The notes beneath the pieces are model-generated. The model did no database searches and had not been told where the DNA came from. It saw only the letters and a list, made by a program, of their open reading frames with translations. DNA of 32,000 nucleotides, taken from contig NC_010547.1 of assembly GCF_000017845.1 (NCBI RefSeq), positions 60,001 to 92,000 of the forward strand, given 5' to 3'. The first letter of the stretch is position 1. Each line of letters opens with the position of its first letter. Source of the DNA: Crocosphaera subtropica ATCC 51142. GTDB taxonomy: Bacteria; Cyanobacteriota; Cyanobacteriia; Cyanobacteriales; Microcystaceae. The translations under genes were made by a program, and so were the position numbers. Below are positions 8,536 to 17,737 of the stretch, one piece after another.

Positions 8536-10524
8536 ATGGCTACAAAACAACTGACCTTGGTGTTAGCTGATACCGATGGATCTTCAAAAGACAAGCTAGG
8601 AATTGATCTAACGAACCTAGACTCGCTCCTAGAGAAATATAGTAAGAATCTAACTCCTTACCCGAATGCAGACTACGAAATCATAAGCGACGATGAGAGT
8701 TTAGTCACTGCGCTAAAAGAGCTAGAGACTCACACTGTAGTCGGATTAGACATAGAAACCACTGGGCTTGACCCTCATACATCAGAAATAAGCTTAATTC
8801 AAATAGCAGCGCCAAACCGTCCCGTCATCCTTATCGAATTCAGAGGTATAACTAACAAGGAAACACTCAGACGGTTTATTGAGCATCCCAAGATTCCAAA
8901 GGTAGGGCATAACCTAGCCTTTGAGATTCAATTTCTCACAAAACATCTAGGTATTAATCCCGCAAAAACAGCGTGGATTGACACAATGCTAATGTCCCAA
9001 TTATTGGCAGCAGGGCTACCTCCAACTTTAGAGGAGGATGCAAAAACGGGTGTACTACCAATTCCTGATCTAACTCGATCTATTAAGAACAAGAAAAAGC
9101 TCAAACAGGAACTCAATCGTAACCTACCTGGTAGTTATAGCCTCATGAGAGTAGTAGCGAGAGAGCTAGGCTACAGCTTGGATAAATCACTACAAGTTTC
9201 TGATTGGGGGAAACCCTTAACCCAAGAACAACTACAATATGCTGCTAATGATGCTGCCGTGGTGCTTCCGTTACGAGAGGCACTACGAAATAAGATCATT
9301 GATAATCAACTGACAGATGCTATCCAGGTAGAACTAGGCGCATTAGCCAGAGTTGCTCAGATGGGGCTTATGGGGATGGGTCTTGATTTAGACCGATGGG
9401 GTGAACTCGCCAAAGAAATAGAAACAAGGAGAGAGGATGCTGCTAAGATCGCTTGTCAGGTGTTAAAACCAGATCACGCGCAGTTGAATTTGTTTGGAGG
9501 AGAAGCGTCAATTAATCTTGACTCTAACGAACAAGTGATCGCTGCATTAGCTCGATTAGGAATCCACACCGACAGTACCAGTAAAGACACCCTCGATAAA
9601 CTTTCAGAAAACCATCCCGAAGTGTTTACCATTATTGAGTATCGGCATTGGTCTAAGGCTCACAGTAGCTTTGGAGAAAAACTGCCAACTTTCGTCAACC
9701 CTGTTACTCATCGTATTCATCCAAACGTCAATCAGATGCGAGCTGCGAGTGGACGGTTTTCATTTTCTAACCCTAACCTACAGCAAATTCCCAGAGAAAG
9801 ACAATATCGAAGCTGCTTTGTCCCTGCTCCGGGCTATAAACTGATCATTGCTGACTATTCGCAGATTGAATTGAGGATAGCAGCTGAGATTGCCAATGAT
9901 TCGGTGATGATCGATGCGTATTGCAACGAGAAAGACTTACATCGACTTACAGCCGCTTTAGTGTCGGGAAAAGATATCGATGAAGTAACCAAGCAAGAAC
10001 GTCAACTAGGAAAGGCTGTCAATTTCGGTTTGATCTACGGTATGGGAGCTACTAAATTGAGGATTTATGCTGAAACTAACTACGGCGTGTCTATGACGTT
10101 TGATGAAGCACAACGATTTCGAGATAACTTCTTCAAAGGCTACCCAGGACTCCATCAATGGCATCAAGATACTGCGTGTAAGTTGCGGACTACGAAAGTC
10201 AAAGACATTCGTACCTTGAGCGGACGACTGCGACGATGGAAAGATGAACCCCCTTTAACCTCGTTATTGAATACCCCCGTCCAAGGAACCAGTGCAGATA
10301 TCACAAAACTGGCACTGCACAAGCTAAACTCTGACCTTGATGAAATCGGTGGATTTCCTATTGTCGTCGTCCACGATGAAATTGTCCTTGAAGTGCCAGA
10401 GGATCATGTCGCCGAAGGAAGCGCTATGCTTGAAGAGGCTATGGTTTCAGCGGGGAAACGATTTCTCAAATCGGTTCCTGTTGTCGTCGAAGCTGCGATC
10501 GCCGATTCTTGGGCAGAAAAGTAA
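8536..10524 (+). CDS. Family-A (Pol I-like) DNA polymerase with 3'-5' exonuclease and polymerase domains and no 5'-3' exonuclease/FEN domain
   Basis: Exo motifs VGLDIETTGLD (ExoI), GHNLAFEIQFL (ExoII) and YAANDAAV (ExoIII). Pol motif A ADYSQIELRIAAE, motif B RQLGKAVNFGLIYGMG, motif C VVHDEIVLEV. It is 662 aa, versus >900 aa for bacterial Pol I. Confidence 0.9.
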   Translation: MATKQLTLVLADTDGSSKDKLGIDLTNLDSLLEKYSKNLTPYPNADYEIISDDESLVTALKELETHTVVGLDIETTGLDPHTSEISLIQIAAPNRPVILIEFRGITNKETLRRFIEHPKIPKVGHNLAFEIQFLTKHLGINPAKTAWIDTMLMSQLLAAGLPPTLEEDAKTGVLPIPDLTRSIKNKKKLKQELNRNLPGSYSLMRVVARELGYSLDKSLQVSDWGKPLTQEQLQYAANDAAVVLPLREALRNKIIDNQLTDAIQVELGALARVAQMGLMGMGLDLDRWGELAKEIETRREDAAKIACQVLKPDHAQLNLFGGEASINLDSNEQVIAALARLGIHTDSTSKDTLDKLSENHPEVFTIIEYRHWSKAHSSFGEKLPTFVNPVTHRIHPNVNQMRAASGRFSFSNPNLQQIPRERQYRSCFVPAPGYKLIIADYSQIELRIAAEIANDSVMIDAYCNEKDLHRLTAALVSGKDIDEVTKQERQLGKAVNFGLIYGMGATKLRIYAETNYGVSMTFDEAQRFRDNFFKGYPGLHQWHQDTACKLRTTKVKDIRTLSGRLRRWKDEPPLTSLLNTPVQGTSADITKLALHKLNSDLDEIGGFPIVVVHDEIVLEVPEDHVAEGSAMLEEAMVSAGKRFLKSVPVVVEAAIADSWAEK

Positions 10525-10535
10525 TCCAAGCAATT

Positions 10536-10559
10536 CCTAGCATTCTGCTAGGTTTTTTT
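10536..10559 (+). terminator. Rho-independent terminator of the polymerase gene
   Basis: cctagca-ttc-tgctagg followed by TTTTTTT, 12 nt after the stop codon. Confidence 0.8.
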
Positions 10560-10704
10560 CGTGTAGAATGACAATAAAGTTGGAAACTTCCTGTAATTCT
10601 TTCACTGACTAAACTATAGGCAATTATCTTATGCCGAACTCAGGTGATCAGGCTTTGCCTGTTATTCCTTTGTGGTTGGATAGAATTTATCTTAAAATGT
10701 AGTC

Positions 10705-10740
10705 AAAAAACGCTAGAGATGAGCTTAACACTCATCTCTA
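10705..10740 (-). terminator. Rho-independent terminator of the COG0523-folE transcription unit
   Basis: The 10-bp stem tagagatgag/ctcatctcta is followed on the minus strand by GCGTTTTTT, ~20 nt after the folE stop. Confidence 0.75.
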
Positions 10741-10759
10741 ACAGTGGCCCGCAAATCGA

Positions 10760-11415
10760 TTAACGCAAGCTAGGATTGTGTTGAATCAAACTCATAAACT
10801 CCTGACGGGTTTTAGCATCATTAGCAAATTCCCCTCTAAGCGCACTGGTGGAAGTCCAAGAACCAGGTTTTTGCACCCCTCGCATTACCATACACATATG
10901 ACTTGCCTCTACAACCACGGCCACTCCTTTCGGTTGCAATAATCCTTGAAGTGCATCGGCAATCTGTGCGGTAAGGCGTTCCTGTACCTGTAAACGTCGT
11001 CCGTACATTTCACAAATACGAGCAATTTTTGAGAGTCCAATGACTTTCCCATCGGGAATATAAGCAACATGAGCGCGGCCGAGAATGGGTAAGATATGAT
11101 GTTCACAGGAACTAAATAGGTCAATATCACGAACTAAGACCATTTCATTAGCATTTTCATGAAAAACTGCCCCATTTAGCAATTCGTCTAACGATTGATG
11201 ATAGCCAGAAGTTAAAATTTAAGAGCTTTAACTACTCGTTTTGGTGTATCTTTCAAACCTTCGCGATCGGGATCTTCTCCTAATCCTAACAGTAAAGTCC
11301 TTACCGCTTGGCGCATCTCCTCCTCAGAAACGGGAGGCTGTTGTGTCGTCGTTAATGACGGCAATTTATTATCGATTTTATTAACTGGATTGGGTTCGGA
11401 CTGAGCTAAGGTCAT
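10760..11415 (-). pseudogene. folE: GTP cyclohydrolase I (FolE type IA, Zn-dependent type), interrupted by a 1-nt frameshift in a homopolymer run at 11214-11217
   Basis: The N-terminal ORF ends ...[12 protein letters not shown]. The next frame continues [17 protein letters not shown]...SSCEHHILP...HMCM. One extra T in the TTTT run would restore KALKF-L-TSGY, the expected FolE sequence. Confidence 0.65.
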
Positions 11416-11429
11416 AGTTTTGAGTTAAA

Positions 11430-12389
11430 TTAAAGGGTAACAGAGGTAGCTAAGCAGTTATTTAGCTGTTGGCGGAGTTTATCGGCATCTAAATGACGAC
11501 CGATAAAGACTAGCTGGTTCACAGGGGAATTAGACCAAGGTTCGGACTTGATATCGTTGCGCTGTCCGCACAGTTGGAAAATGTGGCGTAATTGGCTTCC
11601 TGCAAACCAAACAATTCCTTTGGCACGAAAAACCTCTAGGGGAAGTTCTTCGTTTAAAAACTTGTGAAATTTATAGACATCAAAGGGTTTGTCGCTTTGA
11701 AAAGACATGGACATAAAACCCTCTGTTTTGAGGTGATGGGAATGTTGGCGATATTCTTGTTCAACAAAGCTATCTGTGTTAGTTAAACCCACATCCAAGA
11801 TTAAAGGTAACGGGACTTGGGCGTATTGGGTATGGATAATTCTGGGATTCTTTTTAACAGAGGCAATGTAGCTTTCTAATGCGGTTAGTTGTTCGTTATT
11901 TGCTAAATCAGTTTTATTCAATAAGAGAATATCTCCATAGGCGATTTGTTTAAACGCTACCTTGCTATCAAAATGTTCTGGGGTAAAGGTTTCTGCATCA
12001 ATTAAGGTAATCACCGCATCTAAGTGTGTAAAATATCGAAAATCTGAACCAACAAACGTCAAAATAATCGGTAGAGGGTCTGCTACCCCCGTCGTTTCGA
12101 TAATCAAACGATCTACTTTTTCTTTCCTAGCTAAGATTCGTTTTACCGCTTCTACCAAACCGTCATTGATAGTACAGCAAATACAACCATTGCTCAACTC
12201 CACCATGTCATCTTCGTAAGAAACTAAAAGTTGAGCATCGATATTAATATCACCAAACTCGTTAACCAAGACTGCAACTTTTTGATCAAGGTCATTTTGC
12301 AGAATTTGATTGAGTAAGGTGGTTTTTCCACTACCGAGAAAGCCGGTAATGATGGTAACTGGTAATCCTTGCTGGTTAATCTCTGACAT
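11430..12389 (-). CDS. COG0523 (CobW/ZigA/Zng1-like) G3E P-loop GTPase, putative zinc metallochaperone, paralog 1
   Basis: Walker A GFLGSGKTT, metal motif GCICCT and CobW_C-like end FRAKGIVWF...LVFIGRHLD. The short His patch is QHSHH. ATG 12389 is the likely start; the ORF is open to TTG 12404. Confidence 0.9.
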   Translation of the reverse strand: MSEINQQGLPVTIITGFLGSGKTTLLNQILQNDLDQKVAVLVNEFGDINIDAQLLVSYEDDMVELSNGCICCTINDGLVEAVKRILARKEKVDRLIIETTGVADPLPIILTFVGSDFRYFTHLDAVITLIDAETFTPEHFDSKVAFKQIAYGDILLLNKTDLANNEQLTALESYIASVKKNPRIIHTQYAQVPLPLILDVGLTNTDSFVEQEYRQHSHHLKTEGFMSMSFQSDKPFDVYKFHKFLNEELPLEVFRAKGIVWFAGSQLRHIFQLCGQRNDIKSEPWSNSPVNQLVFIGRHLDADKLRQQLNNCLATSVTL

Positions 12390-12432
12390 GACGAAGAGAA
12401 GCAATTGCCTTTACAAAAGTTAATTATACTAT

Positions 12433-12445
12433 AACGATAATCGTT
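12433..12445. promoter_or_regulatory. Degenerate Fur-family palindrome abutting a perfect -10 (minus-strand TATAAT at 12423-12428) upstream of COG0523 paralog 1
   Basis: aacgat-a-atcgtt is a perfect 6-1-6 palindrome with the GATAATC core. It is separated by 4 nt from the minus-strand TATAAT. Confidence 0.45.
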
Positions 12446-12522
12446 CTTAAATTTTTCAGAATTTTAAGTTTCCCATGCTGCCTATTCCTCCTGAAACTGG
12501 AGTAAACTTCAGGGAAAGTATG

Positions 12523-13563
12523 TCAAGGGAGGAAATTAAGTAAACTCAATGGATGGTGAATATCTAGCTTGACTAAGCATTCATTAAGCTGTTGTTTAAT
12601 TAACGACTTATCTAAATTACGCCCGATGAAGACAAGTTCGTTTTTTGGATGGGTTGTCCAATCATCCGCTTGGAGATCGTAGCGAGATCCACTCAATTGA
12701 AAAATATGTCGGGCAGGACTTTCTTGAAACCATAGTATCCCCTTGGCACGAAATATATTATTAGGTAATTGTTCAGATAAAAAATGTTCAAATTTCTCAA
12801 TTTCAAAGGGGCGATCGCTCTCAAAAGAAACAAAGTTAAAGCCATCGGTTTCTAAATGATTATCAAAATTAGATTTATTGCGTCGAAATTCAGAAATTTC
12901 AGCTTGATAGGTATCTGTTTGAGTTAAACCAATATCTAAAATTAATGGTAAAGGAACTCTACCGTATTCACTGGGTAAAATTCTAAATCCTGGTTTAGTA
13001 TCTTCAATAAATGCTTTTAATTCGTTGATTTTGTCTTTAGTTGCTAAGTCAATTTTATTTAAAATAACCATGTCACCGTATCTAATTTGTCTTAAAGCAG
13101 CATCACTATCAAAATGCTTGGCATCAAAAGCGGCTGCATCCACAACGGTAATGACAGCATCAAGGCGAGTTAAAAACTTTAATTCTGTACCAAGAAAAGT
13201 CATAATAATTGGAAACGGATCTGCCAATCCTGTTGTTTCGATCACTAAATAATCGATCTTTTCTTCTCTTTCTAAAACTCGATAGACAGCATTAACTAAA
13301 CCATCATTAATAGTGCAACAAATACAACCATTATCCAATTCGATCATATCTGAATCCACTGATATTAAAAGCTGTTCATCAATATTAATATCTCCAAATT
13401 CATTAACTAATACTGCTATTTTCAAGTTGTCTTTATTCTGTAAAATTTGATTGAGTAAAGTCGTTTTGCCACTACCTAAAAAACCAGTAATGATGGTGAC
13501 TGGCATTCCACTTTTCGGTAAGGATGGTAGAGCATCGGACAGGGTGAAGTTTAGACGAGTCAT
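12523..13563 (-). CDS. COG0523 G3E GTPase, putative zinc metallochaperone, paralog 2
   Basis: GFLGSGKTT, GCICCT and FRAKGILWF. It is about 85% identical by eye to the ORF at 21595-22635. Confidence 0.9.
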   Translation of the reverse strand: MTRLNFTLSDALPSLPKSGMPVTIITGFLGSGKTTLLNQILQNKDNLKIAVLVNEFGDINIDEQLLISVDSDMIELDNGCICCTINDGLVNAVYRVLEREEKIDYLVIETTGLADPFPIIMTFLGTELKFLTRLDAVITVVDAAAFDAKHFDSDAALRQIRYGDMVILNKIDLATKDKINELKAFIEDTKPGFRILPSEYGRVPLPLILDIGLTQTDTYQAEISEFRRNKSNFDNHLETDGFNFVSFESDRPFEIEKFEHFLSEQLPNNIFRAKGILWFQESPARHIFQLSGSRYDLQADDWTTHPKNELVFIGRNLDKSLIKQQLNECLVKLDIHHPLSLLNFLP

Positions 13564-13593
13564 AGTCTTAAGTTAATTCGTTTCGGGATATTT

Positions 13594-13608
13594 TGATAAT
13601 GATTATCA
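13594..13608. promoter_or_regulatory. Zur-type operator, perfect 7-1-7 palindrome, in the divergent COG0523/thrS intergenic region
   Basis: TGATAAT-G-ATTATCA. Confidence 0.8.
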
Positions 13609-13621
13609 ATTTACGCTATTA

Positions 13622-13636
13622 TGATAATGATTATTA
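13622..13636. promoter_or_regulatory. Second Zur-type operator in the same intergenic region
   Basis: TGATAATGATTATTA, one mismatch from the perfect palindrome, 28 nt (start to start) from the first box. Confidence 0.7.
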
Positions 13637-13652
13637 TTACAATAACTTACCA

Positions 13653-15527
13653 GTGGTCAGCCAATTAACTCAATCTCCCTTGTCAATCGCCAACCCAGAA
13701 CAATTAGAACGCATTCGTCACACTTGCGCCCACGTCATGGCAATGGCAGTACAAATCTTATTTCCAGAGACAAAAGTTACCATTGGTCCCACGACAAATA
13801 CGGGTTTTTATTACGATTTTGATCGCCCACAACCCTTTGCCCCTGAAGATTTGAAAAAAATTACCAAGCAGATGCGCTTCATTATTAAGGCTAATTTGCC
13901 GATTATTCGTGAAGAGATAACTAGAGAAGAAATTAAAGCCGAAATCGAACAGTTAGGGGAACCTTATAAACTAGAGATTTTAGATAGCATCCCTGAAGGA
14001 GAAACCATCACCCGTTATTACATCGGCAGTCCCGACGGTGGTAGATTGCCAGATGTAGGAGAAAAACTCAAAACTGCTTTACCAGAACCTTCTTTGATTA
14101 AGCCTGTCAAAATTCCTGCTACAGTATCTTGGTGGGATCTCTGTGCTGGGCCTCATATTAACTACACAGGAGAGATTAACCCCAATGCTTTCGCCCTAGA
14201 AAGCGTAGCCGGGGCATACTGGCGCGGAGATGAAACCAAAGCTCAATTACAACGCATCTATGGTACAGCTTGGGAAACCCCCGAACAATTAGACGCTTAT
14301 TTGCAACAACAAGAAGAAGCTAAACGCCGAGATCATCGCAAACTAGGCAAAGAGTTAAAACTGTTTAGCATTCAAGAAAATGCTGGGGGTGGTTTGGTAT
14401 TTTGGCATCCTCGCGGTGCAACCATGCGTTACCTCATTGAAGATTATTGGCGTAAAGCTCATTTAGATGGAGGTTACGAACTTCTTTATACTCCCCACGT
14501 GGCTAACTTAGAATTGTGGAAAACATCAGGGCATTTTGACTTTTATCGGGAAAATATGTTCGATTCGATGGATATCGAGGAACAAGCTTATCAAATCAAA
14601 CCGATGAACTGTCCTTTTCACGTTTTAACTTATAAAAATGACCTTCATTCCTATCGAGAATTCCCATTGCGTTGGGCAGAATTAGGGACAGTGTATCGCT
14701 ACGAACGTTCTGGGGTTCTACATGGTTTAATGCGAGTACGGGGTTTTACTCAAGATGATGCTCATATTTTCTGTTTACCCACACAAATTGCTTCAGAAAT
14801 TTTGGGTGTACTCAATTTAACGGAAAAGATTCTTTCGGATTTTGGGTTTAAAGACTATGAAGTTAATCTTTCCACTCGCCCAGAGAAGTCAGTGGGGACA
14901 GATGAAGGTTGGGAATTGGCAACTCAAGCTTTAGTAGAAGCGTTAAATAGCAAAAGTTGGGAATATATTGAAGATAAGGGCGGCGGTGCTTTCTATGGTC
15001 CTAAAATCGATATCAAAATTAAAGATGCTATTGGACGGACTTGGCAATGTTCCACTATCCAGGTTGATTTTAACTTACCAGAACGCTTTGACATGGAATA
15101 TGTAGCAGCCGATGGTTCTCGTCAACGTCCGATTATGATTCATCGGGCAATTTTTGGGTCTTTAGAGCGTTTTTACGGAATTTTAATCGAAAACTATGCA
15201 GGAGATTTTCCTTTATGGTTAGCACCTATCCAATTACGTTTGTTACCAGTTAGTGAAGCACAAAGAGAATATGGGGAAGCTGTCGTTGCTACCCTAAAAG
15301 AGGCTGGTTATCGGGTAGAAATAGACTGTACAGGGGAACGTTTAGGCAAACAAATACGTAACGCCGAACTAGAAAAAATTCCTGTAGTGGCCATCGTTGG
15401 AAACAAAGAAGTTGAAACTCAAAGTTTGAGTATTCGTACTCGCCAACAGGGAGATATTGGTACAATGGATTTGACTGAGTTGAAAAAGAGTTTAGATGAT
15501 GCGATCGCTAATAAGACTAATATTTAG
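13653..15527 (+). CDS. thrS: Threonine--tRNA ligase (no TGS domain; editing, catalytic and anticodon-binding domains present)
   Basis: Editing motifs HTCAHVMA and LCAGPH. Class II catalytic core with Zn-ligand positions MNCPFH, QDDAHIF and MIHRAIFGS. The ORF is open from TTG 13593, but that part overlaps the operators, so GTG 13653 (MVSQLTQSP...) is my preferred start. Confidence 0.9.
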   Translation: MVSQLTQSPLSIANPEQLERIRHTCAHVMAMAVQILFPETKVTIGPTTNTGFYYDFDRPQPFAPEDLKKITKQMRFIIKANLPIIREEITREEIKAEIEQLGEPYKLEILDSIPEGETITRYYIGSPDGGRLPDVGEKLKTALPEPSLIKPVKIPATVSWWDLCAGPHINYTGEINPNAFALESVAGAYWRGDETKAQLQRIYGTAWETPEQLDAYLQQQEEAKRRDHRKLGKELKLFSIQENAGGGLVFWHPRGATMRYLIEDYWRKAHLDGGYELLYTPHVANLELWKTSGHFDFYRENMFDSMDIEEQAYQIKPMNCPFHVLTYKNDLHSYREFPLRWAELGTVYRYERSGVLHGLMRVRGFTQDDAHIFCLPTQIASEILGVLNLTEKILSDFGFKDYEVNLSTRPEKSVGTDEGWELATQALVEALNSKSWEYIEDKGGGAFYGPKIDIKIKDAIGRTWQCSTIQVDFNLPERFDMEYVAADGSRQRPIMIHRAIFGSLERFYGILIENYAGDFPLWLAPIQLRLLPVSEAQREYGEAVVATLKEAGYRVEIDCTGERLGKQIRNAELEKIPVVAIVGNKEVETQSLSIRTRQQGDIGTMDLTELKKSLDDAIANKTNI

Positions 15528-15589
15528 ATTTTTTAGTCTGATACTGTCAATTAGTAAAGCATCAAAGTAACTATATCTCCTAAGTAAAA

Positions 15590-16144
15590 ATGTTAAGTAT
15601 TGGAACACAAAAAAGCGATCGCATTACCACAATTACGAATACGACTTGGGCTGAATATATTAGTTTAAATTTGCCAAGTAAACGAGTTTCATTTCGCAAT
15701 GGAGTTATTACTATCGTGTCCCCAGGACGTAACCATGAATTGATCGGTGATTATGTTAGAGCCATTATTTGGGCTTACTGCCGTCAAAACAATATTGCAC
15801 TATTTCCTTACAACCAAACGACTCTTAAAGAAGAAGGAAAAGAAGGAAAAGAACCTGATGTTGCTTACTGTTTTGACATAGACAAAGATAAGCCAGATTT
15901 AGCAGTGGAAATAAATCTAACTTCAGGCAGTATCGACGATTTAACTAAATATCAATATTTAAAGATTTCTGAAGTTTGGCTATGGGAAAACAATAAAATT
16001 AGATTCTTTGTTTATCGTGATTCAGGATATTTAGAATTAACCACCAGTAATTATCTGCCTAACTTAAACAGCGAACACGTGACAAAAATTGTGAATAGTT
16101 GTTTTGGCAAAAGTGTTTTAGAAGTAGAAAAATATTTCTCTTAA
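15590..16144 (+). CDS. Uma2-family (DUF820) restriction-endonuclease-fold protein
   Basis: Typical cyanobacterial Uma2 layout: ...ITIVSPGRNHE..., PDVAY..., PDLAVEI..., KYQYLKISEVWLW (a PD-(D/E)xK-like core). Confidence 0.75.
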   Translation: MLSIGTQKSDRITTITNTTWAEYISLNLPSKRVSFRNGVITIVSPGRNHELIGDYVRAIIWAYCRQNNIALFPYNQTTLKEEGKEGKEPDVAYCFDIDKDKPDLAVEINLTSGSIDDLTKYQYLKISEVWLWENNKIRFFVYRDSGYLELTTSNYLPNLNSEHVTKIVNSCFGKSVLEVEKYFS

Positions 16145-16168
16145 AAATTAATTTGATAAGAACTAAAT

Positions 16169-16687
16169 ATGAACCAAAATGAATCTTTACTACCTTTAAA
16201 AATTGCAGTATTGACGGTTTCTGACACAAGAACAGAAGCTGATGATAAATCGGGCAAAATATTAGTGGATAATTTAACCGCCACAGGTCATTTGTTAGCA
16301 GAAAAAACTATCGTTCCCGATAACATTTACCAAATTCGTGCTGTAATATCTAGATGGGTTGCAGATGAGTCTGTTCAAGTCATTTTAACCACTGGTGGTA
16401 CGGGAGTGACAGGACGGGATGCAACTCCAGAAGCTATTAAACCCCTCTTAGACAAAGAAATTGAAGGGTTTGGTGAGATATTTCGCATGATTTCCTATCA
16501 AGAAATTAAAACCTCTACCATTCAGTCTCGAACTTTGGCTGGCGTGGCCAATGGGACTTATATCTTTTGTTTACCTGGTTCTAGCGGTGCTTGTCAAACA
16601 GGATGGAGTATTATCAAAGATCAACTTGATTCTCGCCATCGTCCCTGTAATTTAGCTCAATTGATACCGAGATTGACTGAAAATTAG
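16169..16687 (+). CDS. moaB: Molybdenum cofactor biosynthesis protein B (MoaB/MogA family)
   Basis: [30 protein letters not shown] and [10 protein letters not shown] are MoaB/MogA signatures. Confidence 0.85.
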   Translation: MNQNESLLPLKIAVLTVSDTRTEADDKSGKILVDNLTATGHLLAEKTIVPDNIYQIRAVISRWVADESVQVILTTGGTGVTGRDATPEAIKPLLDKEIEGFGEIFRMISYQEIKTSTIQSRTLAGVANGTYIFCLPGSSGACQTGWSIIKDQLDSRHRPCNLAQLIPRLTEN

Positions 16688-16774
16688 AGATAAGAAAGTG
16701 AGAGCTTGAGGATAGTCGAGATGTTGCTTGTTTTTTAATTCTCAGATCCCTTTTTGCTCTCATCGTAGACTGTC

Positions 16775-17701
16775 TTAAACAATAATGAATTCTGATTCTG
16801 GAGTTGATTCAACCACAGGTTGTTGTCCCCTCAGTACAGAGTTACCACTATGTAGGTGACGTTGATCAATGGGAGAGGAATTTAACCAATCACTTTCTTT
16901 AATTTGTCCACTTTGTCCATAAGCCGTTAGAGCATTTTGATAGCAAACAGCTTTAATATGGTCTTCGGGAATGCCTTCTTGTTGCATTAATTGGGCAGTT
17001 TTTGGGACAGCTAAAGGATCACTTATGCCCCAATCTGCACTACTATCGACAATAATGCGATCACAACCATAGTTCCGCACCACCTCAACCATTCTTTTAT
17101 TACCCATTTTTGTGTGGGGATAAAGGGTAAAAGCTGCCCAAAATCCTCGATCTAAGACTTCTTTAACGGTTTCCTCGTTGTTATGGTCAACAATTACCAT
17201 CGATGGTTCTAAACCATGTTCTCGACAGACATCCATACTGCGAGATGTGCCGGATTTTTTATCCCGATGGGGAGTATGAATCATCACCGGTAAATTTAAT
17301 TCCTTGGCTAATTCTAACTGGAGACGAAAGTATTTATCTTCGGCCGGAGTCATATCGTCATAACCAATTTCTCCAATAGCTACCACTCCTTCTTTACAAG
17401 CATAAAGGGGTAATATTTCCATTACGCCTTCTGCTAATGCTTCATTATTGGCTTCTTTGGAGTTTAAACCCATAGTACAGTAGTGTTTGATGCCAAACTG
17501 ACTAGCGCGAAATCTCTCCCAACCAATTAGAGAACTGAGATAATCTTTATAAGTCTCAGCACTGGTACGTGGTTGCCCCAACCAAAAAGCTGGCTCAATA
17601 ACTGCCACGATTCCGGCTTTAGCCATTGCTTGATAGTCATCAGTGGTTCTGGAACTCATGTGGATGTGTGGGTCGATAAACATCATTTTATTTTTTAGCA
17701 T
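16775..17701 (-). CDS. TatD-related amidohydrolase-superfamily metal-dependent hydrolase
   Basis: FIDPHIH (HxH metal motif), GEIGYD, VMIHTPH, VIVDHNN and IVDSSADW follow the TIM-barrel metallohydrolase ligand pattern. Confidence 0.7.
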   Translation of the reverse strand: MLKNKMMFIDPHIHMSSRTTDDYQAMAKAGIVAVIEPAFWLGQPRTSAETYKDYLSSLIGWERFRASQFGIKHYCTMGLNSKEANNEALAEGVMEILPLYACKEGVVAIGEIGYDDMTPAEDKYFRLQLELAKELNLPVMIHTPHRDKKSGTSRSMDVCREHGLEPSMVIVDHNNEETVKEVLDRGFWAAFTLYPHTKMGNKRMVEVVRNYGCDRIIVDSSADWGISDPLAVPKTAQLMQQEGIPEDHIKAVCYQNALTAYGQSGQIKESDWLNSSPIDQRHLHSGNSVLRGQQPVVESTPESEFIIV

Positions 17702-17737
17702 TTGTTGATCTGATTATTGACTAGGGAAGTTAAAATG

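Noticed and set aside
7838-8634. Diversity-generating-retroelement-like template/variable repeat pair (duplicated 5' end of the polymerase gene)
   Set aside because: Differences between the two copies are not restricted to adenine positions. The duplicate covers the leader and N-terminus rather than a C-terminal variable domain, and no reverse transcriptase is present. It is better explained as a decayed segmental duplication.
10560-10700. att-like direct repeats bounding the polymerase locus (GGTTGAAACATT near 7501 vs AGTTGGAAACTT near 10580)
   Set aside because: The resemblance is ~12 nt and imperfect, which could easily be chance in AT-rich DNA, and no integrase is present.
10631-10702. 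A 23-codon ORF (MPNSGDQALPVIPLWLDRIYLKM) in the gap between the polymerase and folE terminators, considered as a small Zur-regulon peptide or ribosomal-protein paralog
   Set aside because: It has no RBS, no similarity to L31, L36 or S14, and no operator. I also looked for small ribosomal paralog genes in the other intergenic gaps and found none.
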